64,000 nucleotides of DNA. It comes from a virus. Taxonomy: Duplodnaviria > Caudoviricetes. A model generated the notes under the pieces. The model saw nothing but the letters and a program-made list of their open reading frames with translations. It was not told the origin of the DNA and did not search any database. The stretch covers positions 1 through 64,000 of the IMG/VR virus record IMGVR_UViG_3300029288_000131; one strand, given 5' to 3'. This document shows positions 33,231-41,553 of the stretch, one piece after another (the stretch's first letter is position 1; the number at the start of each line of letters is the position of its first letter). The position numbers and the translations under genes are program-made.

Positions 33231-33449
33231 ATGCTGACCCTAGCAATCCTAATCCTGACGCTGCTCGCCAACCCGGAATTGGTCGAGCGGCACCAACCTA
33301 TGCCTACGCCACGTCGGGTTAAAGATAATCCGACCGGCCGCAGTGATACGTGGCTCGCTAGCTGGCCGTACCCGAGTGGCTTTGTCTAGCCGTTGGGGCC
33401 GTCCGGGCGGCCCCCGGGGAGTGAAACACGAAAGCGAGGTGAGTAAGAC

Positions 33450-33737
33450 ATGAAGCCAAGTGAATACCACGCCTGTGCTACCGGCGACTGCCCCCACGAT
33501 ACGCAGGACGAATGCGTGCTGGCAGTGCTCCGGCACGCCGATGAGTTGCACGCGGAGGTGGAGCGACTGCGGGCGGAAGTGGGTCGCCTGGAGCCTTACC
33601 GCAAGATTGCGGAGGCCCATGAACGGCAGAAGGAACGGCAAGCGAAGGAGGATGCTGAGATTGCTGCCGGATTGCGTTGCGGCGGGGGCTATCGTGATTG
33701 CAACGGTGGCCCGGATTGCGATTACGACCATAAGTAG
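33450..33737 (+). CDS. hypothetical protein with Cys/His clusters and AEVERLR coiled coil
   Basis: HACATGDCPH, LHAEVERLRAEV, CGGGYRDCNGGPDCDYDH. Confidence 0.65.
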   Translation: MKPSEYHACATGDCPHDTQDECVLAVLRHADELHAEVERLRAEVGRLEPYRKIAEAHERQKERQAKEDAEIAAGLRCGGGYRDCNGGPDCDYDHK

Positions 33738-33854
33738 CCACGCTGACCAAACAAGCCGACAAGGCTGTGAAGGACAGAAAGGAAAGATGAACTGGCAGAA
33801 TTAGACATACGTCTAGCAGAAAAGGCTTATCAGCAAAGGAGTGCGAAGTCTTTC

Positions 33855-35408
33855 TTGACATTCATTCGAGGGCTGGTGATACCGTCAGCTTCCGGTCCTC
33901 GTCTGTTCGATGATTGCATGGTCTCGTTTCAGCGGGAGTGTTTTGAGGCTCTAGCTGGATCTTTGGAAGCCGTGCGAGATGGTAGGATGCCGCCTTGCAG
34001 ACGGTTCTGGATAGAACGCACCAAGAAGGCGAGTAAGGACCTTGATCTTGGGGCTTCTCTGCTATGGCTGATGTCCTTTCCGACTCGGCCTATGGTCATT
34101 CAAGTGTCGGCTGCTAATCAAGAACAAGCGGCCATTCTCAAGACCAGAATCGATGCTATCCTCTACTACAACGAATGGCTGAAGGATTTCGTATACTCGG
34201 TGCAAAACAGAGTGACCAGCAAGCGATCAGGATTGGAAGCGGAGCTGGTCAAATTGGTGGTTGAGCCGACGGGAAGTGCAGGGGCGAAGCAGGGAGCAAC
34301 ACCGGATGTGCTTGTGTTGAATGAGTTAGTTCACGTGGACAAGTGGGATGTGATGGATGCCCACATGAACAACGCGGACGGCGTACCGCAGGGTGTCGTC
34401 ATCATTTCAACTAATGCCGGTGTCAAGGGAACGAAGGCAGAGGTGTGGCGAAACGTCGCTCTGCAAAACAAGAGCAGATGGAAGACTTTCATCTTCAAGG
34501 GAACGGCACCGTGGATCAGCGAGGAGGATAAGCAAGATGCAAAGAAGCGAGATCCATTGGGCAAGGAGTACGGGAGGCTTTGGTTGGGAGATTGGGCCAG
34601 CGGGAAGGGAGGTGCCGTAGACGAGGCCTCTTTGAACGAGTGCTTCCGGTTGGATGGACCTCTCATGGAACCTGAACCTGGATGGTTCTACGTCGCCGGT
34701 CTCGACTTGGGAATCAGTCACGACCATTCGGGAGTTGCCATAGTCGGTGCGAACAGAAGTGAACAACGAGTACGAGTGGCATATGTCAAAGGATGGGCTC
34801 CCAGCATACCGAACGACAGGGGAGTGTTCGAAGTAGATTGTGAAGCGGTGGAAGAAGCATGTTTCAGGCTGGGAAAGCAATTCAAGATTTGTTGGTTTGG
34901 ATACGACCCAGCAGCGGGCGGAAGTTTCATGGCACAGAATCTCCGTCGCAGAGGACTGCCAATGAAGGAGATGACGTTTGCATCTCCTGCAAACTTGTCA
35001 AAGATGGCACGGTCTTTCGTTACGATGGTGAAGGCAGGCAAATTGGAATGCTACGAGGATGCAGAGGGACGACTCAGGAGAGACTTCGGCAAGTTTGACA
35101 TTCAGTATACGGTGGCGAGAGGTTACAGATTAGTTGCCGTTAGTGACGAATATGGACACGCTGACGTTGGGACTGCTTTGGTCATTTGTTTGCCGATGTG
35201 CGTTGAGTTGCTCAAAGGAGGCATAGGCATGATGTCTCCAGGAGATCAATTGGTCTATGATAACGAACCTTTGTCAAAAGAGGAAGTGGAGGAGATGCCG
35301 GATTACCTCCGTGAGCTCTACGAAATGGAGGAGGGGGAAGTCGAAGAGCAGGAGAGGCTTCGCAAGTGGGTTGAAAGGACGAAGAGAAGAGAAGAGTCCT
35401 CTTTCTAA
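33855..35408 (+). CDS. terL: terminase large subunit (frame is open from 33771; true start unclear)
   Basis: FQRE (Q motif), WIERTKKASKD, VLNELVH, VIISTNAG, RuvC-like GLDLG..HD, GYDP, HAD. Confidence 0.85.
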   Translation: MTFIRGLVIPSASGPRLFDDCMVSFQRECFEALAGSLEAVRDGRMPPCRRFWIERTKKASKDLDLGASLLWLMSFPTRPMVIQVSAANQEQAAILKTRIDAILYYNEWLKDFVYSVQNRVTSKRSGLEAELVKLVVEPTGSAGAKQGATPDVLVLNELVHVDKWDVMDAHMNNADGVPQGVVIISTNAGVKGTKAEVWRNVALQNKSRWKTFIFKGTAPWISEEDKQDAKKRDPLGKEYGRLWLGDWASGKGGAVDEASLNECFRLDGPLMEPEPGWFYVAGLDLGISHDHSGVAIVGANRSEQRVRVAYVKGWAPSIPNDRGVFEVDCEAVEEACFRLGKQFKICWFGYDPAAGGSFMAQNLRRRGLPMKEMTFASPANLSKMARSFVTMVKAGKLECYEDAEGRLRRDFGKFDIQYTVARGYRLVAVSDEYGHADVGTALVICLPMCVELLKGGIGMMSPGDQLVYDNEPLSKEEVEEMPDYLRELYEMEEGEVEEQERLRKWVERTKRREESSF

Positions 35409-35418
35409 GGAAGGTCCA

Positions 35419-35703
35419 ATGATCAATTGGAAGTTGACAAGGGAGATGGTAGGGGCCATAGAGGGTCCCTGCAGACAATGCCACGAAATGCCAATGCAGA
35501 TGTTAGATGGTCTTCGGAGGTGTTTGGACGTGGGGTTGTCCGGAGAGCAGATAGTAGCGTTTTTGCAGCTCTTTGCTGGATTGCACGAAGCGATGGACGA
35601 GTTTACACCGGAAGAATTGATGGAGAGAACAACGTATATGTGCCGAGTGATTCAAGGCACTATAGAAATCAAGAAGGGCAGACAGCCCGATAATCCCGAG
35701 TAA
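35419..35703 (+). CDS. hypothetical protein
   Basis: AAGGAAGG RBS before ATG 35419. Confidence 0.55.
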   Translation: MINWKLTREMVGAIEGPCRQCHEMPMQMLDGLRRCLDVGLSGEQIVAFLQLFAGLHEAMDEFTPEELMERTTYMCRVIQGTIEIKKGRQPDNPE

Positions 35704-35740
35704 TCCATTTGGAGCTACGGGGTTTTTTCGTTATAATGGG
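35702..35740 (+). promoter_or_regulatory. sigma70-like phage promoter P2
   Basis: AATCCATTTGGAGCTA; TTGGAG 35709-35714, 17 nt, TATAAT 35732-35737. Confidence 0.75.
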
Positions 35741-35798
35741 GCCGTCTAATTGGGTCCCATTTTCTGTTTAGGTGTTCCCTTTTCTAGGAGGACATGCG

Positions 35799-36143
35799 AT
35801 GAATTGGTTCGAGCTGATCGGTCTTGCTTTTGCTCTCTTGAAGGAGGGCTACCCCCTGCCCGACTGGCGGGACGAAGCGGCGGTGAAGGCGTGGCTTGCC
35901 AAGACGCAAGACCCGCAAGCGAAGTTGATCGTCTGGGTCGCTCTGACCCTCGACCGTAGGGTGGTCGAGTCGTTGCCAGATGATGAGAAGGAACTCGAAG
36001 CATTGGTTGCTGCGAAGGTGGACGAATACATGAAGCAGCACCTGACCGATGATGACACCGAGATCGATCCGGCAACGATCATCACCATCATCATCGTGGT
36101 CGTCAAACTGATCAAGTGGTGGCGAGATCGTAGGACTGCTTGA
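35799..36143 (+). CDS. membrane protein with C-terminal TM helix (holin/antiholin candidate)
   Basis: AGGAGG RBS; DPATIITIIIVVVKLIKWWRDRR. Confidence 0.55.
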   Translation: MNWFELIGLAFALLKEGYPLPDWRDEAAVKAWLAKTQDPQAKLIVWVALTLDRRVVESLPDDEKELEALVAAKVDEYMKQHLTDDDTEIDPATIITIIIVVVKLIKWWRDRRTA

Positions 36144-36814
36144 AAGGAGCAACCATCGTGAGATGCTTACGCAACCTCATGCTGGTGTCTTTGCTGATGA
36201 CCCTGACGGTGCCTGCTGTCGCTCAGGCACCGTCAACGGGCTTTTCGCAAGTCAAGCCAGCACTCAATCTTACGGTCATTGATGGCCATCCATCTCTGAC
36301 CCTGGAGAACGCACTGCCTTGGCAACAGGCCGCCGTGATGCCGGACGGCCAAGGCAAGTGGGTCGTCATTTGGGCCGGTTCGGATGGAGAGAACGGTGGA
36401 CTGTGGAAGTATACAGTCACCATCGATTCGCCACATCCCGGTCCTGGTCCTGGTCCCGACCCGGAGCCAATTCCTACGCCGAACCCTTGGACGCCTGACG
36501 AGCAGTGGAAGCCGATAGTGGCTCCTGTCAAGACGTTTCCGATGGTAAGGCAAGATGCCACCGCCGTTGCCAATCTTTACGGCACAGCAGCAAAAAACGT
36601 GACAGCGGGGTCGATCAAGACCACTCTGGAACTGCGTGCGTACCTTGTCGAACACGGCGTCAAGCTCGGTTTGCAAGGCAAGTACGCAGGTTTAGGAGAC
36701 GCTGTCACCAAGTCGTTGGAAACCTCCCTCGGAATGGAAGTGCGACCTTTGCCAGCCCACGCGGCAGCATTTCTGGACACTCTAGCGTGGGCTGTATGGG
36801 AGAATGGACGATGA
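36140..36814 (+). CDS. exported protein with Pro-Gly linker
   Basis: Signal peptide ...SLLMTLTVPAVAQA; PHPGPGPGPDPEPIPTPNP. Confidence 0.7.
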   Translation: MKGATIVRCLRNLMLVSLLMTLTVPAVAQAPSTGFSQVKPALNLTVIDGHPSLTLENALPWQQAAVMPDGQGKWVVIWAGSDGENGGLWKYTVTIDSPHPGPGPGPDPEPIPTPNPWTPDEQWKPIVAPVKTFPMVRQDATAVANLYGTAAKNVTAGSIKTTLELRAYLVEHGVKLGLQGKYAGLGDAVTKSLETSLGMEVRPLPAHAAAFLDTLAWAVWENGR

Positions 36815-37893
36815 TTTCACTCGAACATCTTGTTCCACCGTACAACCGTCTCGACCTGCTTCGGGGAGGAAAGCCTACCCCCACGGAGCTTGCCGATGCT
36901 TATTCGGCTGGCTTTCAAGGGGTGTTTCTCGACCGGGATGGGATGCCTGAGTGGGCGAGGACGTGTGCCAAGTTGGATTGGCAACACCTTGGGGAAGCTC
37001 TTGGCTCCATCCCAGTGATTGAAGCAGGCTTCCCGAGGGAATTGGTCGGGCAAGGCAAGGGAAAGCGGGTGCTGAATCATTCTTACGTGATGAAGCATAT
37101 TCCCAATGCCTTCAGTGGAAATCAAGCCTATGGGAACTGTCGAGCATGGTCGGCCAAGTTCAGCACGTTGACACTGCTGGGCATGGCCATCCAGTTGGGA
37201 CAGGTTCACAGGGTTGATTACCGGCATGGAACGGCACTCGTCTACGGCTCACGTGGCTCGTCCAGCCAAGGCATGACGATGAGCCGTGGAATCGAGGTGC
37301 TGACGAAGGTCGGACAGTCCGAGGAAAAGGACTACGAGTTCGTCGATCTTTCGACCCAGCAAAAGGACGAGGATGCCGGGAACAAGTGGGGACGAAGTGG
37401 ACCTCCCCAAGAGTTGAAGGATGCTGTTGCTGGGGACGTCGTACTCAAGGCATGGAACCTCGGGGAGTCCCCCACCGTTGACACGGTGCGAGACGTGCTG
37501 TGGGCTGAGGGGGTGATCGACCACGGCTCCACCTACACCGCTGCCGAGTCCAGCAATGGATTGATCAGCAGCCTCCGCTCCATCGGTGGTCACGCCCAGC
37601 AGGCACCCAGCTACGACGACACGGACGAGATGCGTGAATGGGTGTTGAAGGAATGCAAGGTCGATCTCAAGGGTGACATGCTCGTTCTCAACAATCAGTC
37701 ATGGGGCAACTGGCTGTCGCTGCCCAAGTGGCCTGAGCATCTGTGGGGTCCACGTCCTGAGGGAATGTGGGTCGTTACAGGAAAGGACTTCTTGAAGATA
37801 CTCGGAAGGTGGGGCGACGGATGGGCTCTCACCGGCATCGACGGATTTGTTCCTCGTCGTCTCCCTGACTGGGGATCGGAGTTGTATCTGTGA
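36811..37893 (+). CDS. papain-like (clan CA) cysteine peptidase, candidate endolysin
   Basis: QAYGNCRAWS (Gln, Cys), GGHAQ (His), NNQSWG (Asn), GMW. Confidence 0.75.
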   Translation: MISLEHLVPPYNRLDLLRGGKPTPTELADAYSAGFQGVFLDRDGMPEWARTCAKLDWQHLGEALGSIPVIEAGFPRELVGQGKGKRVLNHSYVMKHIPNAFSGNQAYGNCRAWSAKFSTLTLLGMAIQLGQVHRVDYRHGTALVYGSRGSSSQGMTMSRGIEVLTKVGQSEEKDYEFVDLSTQQKDEDAGNKWGRSGPPQELKDAVAGDVVLKAWNLGESPTVDTVRDVLWAEGVIDHGSTYTAAESSNGLISSLRSIGGHAQQAPSYDDTDEMREWVLKECKVDLKGDMLVLNNQSWGNWLSLPKWPEHLWGPRPEGMWVVTGKDFLKILGRWGDGWALTGIDGFVPRRLPDWGSELYL

Positions 37894-38081
37894 GTAAAGA
37901 ACAAGAAGAAAACGTCGTCGAGTTCGGTCGGCTCCGATTCTTGATCGACGAGCTTCTACGTGGCCTCTCTGCGGCGAAGCGGCAGGGGTTTATCGAGATA
38001 GAAAACTCGATGGACCTTCCGCCGCCCTTGGGGCCGTTGAAAATCGTATCGAAGATCATGCTTCCAAAGGGATGGACATGA
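37890..38081 (+). CDS. hypothetical protein
   Basis: GTGA overlap, GGAG RBS. Confidence 0.45.
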   Translation: MSKEQEENVVEFGRLRFLIDELLRGLSAAKRQGFIEIENSMDLPPPLGPLKIVSKIMLPKGWT

Positions 38082-38389
38082 TTCATCTTCTACTCGCCGC
38101 CGTCCTGCTGCAACCGCCGCCGGTGTCCATTGACGTTTGGGGCGCGCCGTGGTGTCCCGCCTGTCGCCAGCAGGCTCCTGTCGTTCAGCGACTTCAGCAG
38201 GCGGGGCACCCGCTGCGGGCCATCAATTTCGACGACAACCGCGAAGAGGCAGCCAAGCGCAACGTCACGCGGATTCCGACCAGCATCCTCTACGTGTATG
38301 GCGTCGAACAGCGCCGAGCCATCGGCGTGCAATCCGAGGCCACGTTTCGGGCGTGGCTGCAATCAGTCAGAGAAAGGCAACCGGAATGA
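38072..38389 (+). CDS. thioredoxin-like protein with signal peptide
   Basis: MIHLLLAAVLLQPPP; WGAPWCPAC; VTRIPT. Confidence 0.85.
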   Translation: MDMIHLLLAAVLLQPPPVSIDVWGAPWCPACRQQAPVVQRLQQAGHPLRAINFDDNREEAAKRNVTRIPTSILYVYGVEQRRAIGVQSEATFRAWLQSVRERQPE

Positions 38390-38808
38390 TTCGCATCTTT
38401 GGAATGACAGTTCTTGCAGCGGCCAGCTCCGCCATGTTTATATGCGCTCCATTGTTTTCTCAAGTCGATGTTCCAAATGGATCTGGCGTTGTGATGGCTC
38501 AACGCCAATCAAGCGAACTGGAAAACCTTGCAAGGGATTTGGCATCCATACTTGGTCCGATAGGAATACTTGGGTGGTATTGCTTCTATGTTACGAGTCG
38601 AGTGCTGCCTGGGAAGGATGCTCAGTTGGTGGAAGAGCGGAAGCAGTTTGCCGCTGAATTGAAATCGGATAGAGAAGCGAAAGACAAGGAGATGCAGGAT
38701 CTTTACGTTCAATTGAAGCAAGAGAGGGAATCACACGCTGCTATTGTCGAGAGACAAATGCAGTCGATACTTGAGATGGTCAGGAAGTGTGATAGGACAG
38801 GAGGTTGA
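38386..38808 (+). CDS. TM + coiled-coil protein (holin-like)
   Basis: Two hydrophobic segments (GMTVLAAASSAMFICAPLF; ILGPIGILGWYCFYV) then charged coiled coil. Confidence 0.55.
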   Translation: MIRIFGMTVLAAASSAMFICAPLFSQVDVPNGSGVVMAQRQSSELENLARDLASILGPIGILGWYCFYVTSRVLPGKDAQLVEERKQFAAELKSDREAKDKEMQDLYVQLKQERESHAAIVERQMQSILEMVRKCDRTGG

Positions 38809-38811
38809 TGG

Positions 38812-40785
38812 ATGGCTGAGTATCACGTGTCTCCAAGCGGCAACGACAGTAATCCTGGAACGCTGGACGCTCCTTGGGCTACGTTTGCCAAGGCCGATGG
38901 GGCCGTCGCTGCTGGGGATACGGTTTTCTTTCATACGGGAGAGTATTACGTCCACGAGGACGGTTATGCTCCGTTGACAGCATCGTCAGCCGATCCTGCG
39001 AATCCGATCACGTTGCGGAACTATCCTGGTGAGACACCTGTTCTGCACGGCGGCCTGCACGCTCAGTGGACGGCAGGCGAAGAATCGGGAGTAGTATACT
39101 ACTCGGCACCGATTCCAGTACCAATGCAGACCACGCCTTGGTGGCACGCAGTTATTCGGAAGGATGGTTGGTGTGCTACCCCTATCTACCGGACGCTCAA
39201 AGTAGAACTGAGTCTTGATGCCGACCCGACGTTCGGTAAGTCAAGTGGACTCAATCTTGCCATTGCTGGTACATATGAAGCAACAGTATGGGATGGTAGT
39301 GGTAGTCAGTTCATACGTCGATACAATACGACATGCACGACGGGATCATGGCTGCAGCGGGATGTGGGATCTGGTACATGGAGACTTTACGTTCGGGGGG
39401 CAGATGGTTTGCAACGTGTCGATGGCTGGTGGGAAAAGGCAGGTACAGGAGACGATCCACCGGAAGGTGTTTATACGGCAGTTGGCGTTTTCGCGGGCAC
39501 GGTGACGATCAGCAACGTCGAGTCGGTGGACGACCTGCCGGGCGACTTCCTGTCGCCGCCGACGAATGCTGCCCAAGGCACCGCTGGATACTTCTGGGAT
39601 GATTCTGGTACGCGACTGCTGTTCGACTTGAGTTACGCGAACCTGAAAACGAACACGATCTATTTGCGTCCTGCTGACATTGCTCCAGCACTTTCTCCAC
39701 CTGTCGGAGCAAATTACGACCAGCTTTTCATTTCATCATTGCACGTCTTCTATACGGCTGGTAGTAGCAACTTGATTTTGAACGGCCTGACGCTCAAGCA
39801 TGGGCTGGCGGGCGTTCGATTAGCAGGCAGCAACCTTTCACTACAAAATCTGCGGATCATCAGCAGTGGATGGCAGAACGGAATTGGTGGGGGCAATCTC
39901 GTAGACGTGACGATTAGCGGCTGCTACATCGACCGTGGTAATGGCTGGCTTCGGCGAGAGATGGGTGGAGGCTACGGAGATCGTTACTGGCAGGCAGGGC
40001 ACTACCACGGTATCTACGTCTACGGTGAAAACATCACGGAGATTGGGAACTTCGTCTCTCGTTTCATCGGAAGTCTTGGCATCACAGCACCATATAGTAG
40101 AGGTGTGACCACGATTGATGACAACATAATCGTAGCTTGCCAGCGGCCTATCCAACATCGTGACATAGTGGGTGCTGTTTCGGCAACAATTGAAGACAAC
40201 ATTGCCATTGCTTGTCTCGCCTATCGTTATAGTGCGGCCTATGAGCAGAGTCGAAACAAGCCGATAACTTACGCATGTGATCTTGGTGGACATGCTTCCA
40301 GCGCTCTTGTAGTTCGTAACAACTATCTGGAGACTCACGCTTCTCCGTCGTTGCCTGCTTTGCGAGTGGACGCGAGAACCGCTTATCTTTCAGCATCATT
40401 CAGCGGCAACACTTTGCGGGACGTGTTGGGATATGGTCGGTTGCTCTGGATACAATCGCCTGGGAATATCACATCGTTTGTTGCAACCCAGTGGTTTGCA
40501 GATGCTATTCACGGTTCTTGGCATTGGTTGATAGATACTGATTACTATACAGCTTATGGAGACTTCCAGACAGCATGGACGGCTCTCGGCTTTGGTGCTG
40601 GTGACGTATTGAAAAGCTCGTCCTTTATTTTCCCAGCGGTCGAGTTTTCATCGTTCTTGGACGCTGATCCGACAATCGAAGAGGCCAGAGCATACGTTAT
40701 ATCCTACACCCGCAGGGTGAAAGGCGAGTTGTCCTTGATTCCAAGCAATTGTAGACGCTCCCTAATTATTGGGGCAGGAGTGTAG
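38812..40785 (+). CDS. right-handed beta-helix protein (tailspike/depolymerase candidate)
   Basis: YHVSPSGNDSNPGT.DAPWAT, AGDTVFFHTGEY, ITLRNYPGETPVL, repeated I.I.GN/DN strands. Confidence 0.8.
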   Translation: MAEYHVSPSGNDSNPGTLDAPWATFAKADGAVAAGDTVFFHTGEYYVHEDGYAPLTASSADPANPITLRNYPGETPVLHGGLHAQWTAGEESGVVYYSAPIPVPMQTTPWWHAVIRKDGWCATPIYRTLKVELSLDADPTFGKSSGLNLAIAGTYEATVWDGSGSQFIRRYNTTCTTGSWLQRDVGSGTWRLYVRGADGLQRVDGWWEKAGTGDDPPEGVYTAVGVFAGTVTISNVESVDDLPGDFLSPPTNAAQGTAGYFWDDSGTRLLFDLSYANLKTNTIYLRPADIAPALSPPVGANYDQLFISSLHVFYTAGSSNLILNGLTLKHGLAGVRLAGSNLSLQNLRIISSGWQNGIGGGNLVDVTISGCYIDRGNGWLRREMGGGYGDRYWQAGHYHGIYVYGENITEIGNFVSRFIGSLGITAPYSRGVTTIDDNIIVACQRPIQHRDIVGAVSATIEDNIAIACLAYRYSAAYEQSRNKPITYACDLGGHASSALVVRNNYLETHASPSLPALRVDARTAYLSASFSGNTLRDVLGYGRLLWIQSPGNITSFVATQWFADAIHGSWHWLIDTDYYTAYGDFQTAWTALGFGAGDVLKSSSFIFPAVEFSSFLDADPTIEEARAYVISYTRRVKGELSLIPSNCRRSLIIGAGV

Positions 40786-40789
40786 CACA

Positions 40790-41194
40790 ATGTATCTACG
40801 CAATTCAACGAGCCCCGAACGGTTAGCTATTGGTCCCGTCGTGCTGATAGCAGATGGTACGGTGCAAACAGCAGGTGTGTCTGTTACGGTTCTGCCGCAA
40901 GGAGGTGTAGCAGCTCCAGGCGCTGGTGTAATAGAATACCAGAACGGAATTGTTCACTACACACCGACGCAGGCCGAGACCAATTACACCTCGTTCACGT
41001 TGACGGCCTACAAAGCGAATTGCTGGCCGGTGTCGGTGTCTGTCGTGACGAGTGTGACTGTTCTTGGTGATGTGCAATCTGCTGTAGCTGCTTTGCAAAC
41101 GGCTATAACTGCTTTGCAGTCTGCTGTAAATGCATTGGAAGCAAACAAGAACATCGTGTCGAAGGATTTCATTGTCCGAAGCAATCAGGGGTAG
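40790..41194 (+). CDS. structural protein sharing a domain with the 44005 protein, plus C-terminal coiled coil
   Basis: MYLRN...YTPTQAETN; VQSAVAALQTAITALQSAVNALE. Confidence 0.65.
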   Translation: MYLRNSTSPERLAIGPVVLIADGTVQTAGVSVTVLPQGGVAAPGAGVIEYQNGIVHYTPTQAETNYTSFTLTAYKANCWPVSVSVVTSVTVLGDVQSAVAALQTAITALQSAVNALEANKNIVSKDFIVRSNQG

Positions 41195-41241
41195 TTTTTC
41201 ATTACAGCCGACCCGGCGGCGAGTAACACGAAAGGAACGAC

Positions 41242-41550
41242 ATGGCGACGAACGAACAAATCCAGCGATGGGCGAACGAACGGACGCGGGTTCGCGCCGA
41301 GCAAATCCGCGGGCTGCTGCTTGCACTGGAGGATGACGTGGCGGCGATTGATAGCGTTTACGCCGCGTTGAACGACGAGGGCAACGACTGGTCGGACGGC
41401 CGCACTGACGGCCCGCCGAACCTGCTGACCAAGGGCGACCTGCTCGGCATCCATGCGTTCATCGCGGCCACCATCGCGGCGATGCGTGGGCACGACCAGT
41501 TGCCGGTGGTGCTCAAAGCCTGTGTCCGACCCGTGGGTCGGGAGGTGTAG
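41242..41550 (+). CDS. hypothetical protein
   Basis: ACACGAAAGGA leader, GC-rich. Confidence 0.7.
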   Translation: MATNEQIQRWANERTRVRAEQIRGLLLALEDDVAAIDSVYAALNDEGNDWSDGRTDGPPNLLTKGDLLGIHAFIAATIAAMRGHDQLPVVLKACVRPVGREV

Positions 41551-41553
41551 CCG

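Noticed and set aside
36505-36810. N-terminal 102 aa of the 462-aa ORF in the track
   Set aside because: Overlaps the 36140-36814 gene; ATG 36811 with an ATGA overlap and upstream GGAG is the better start.
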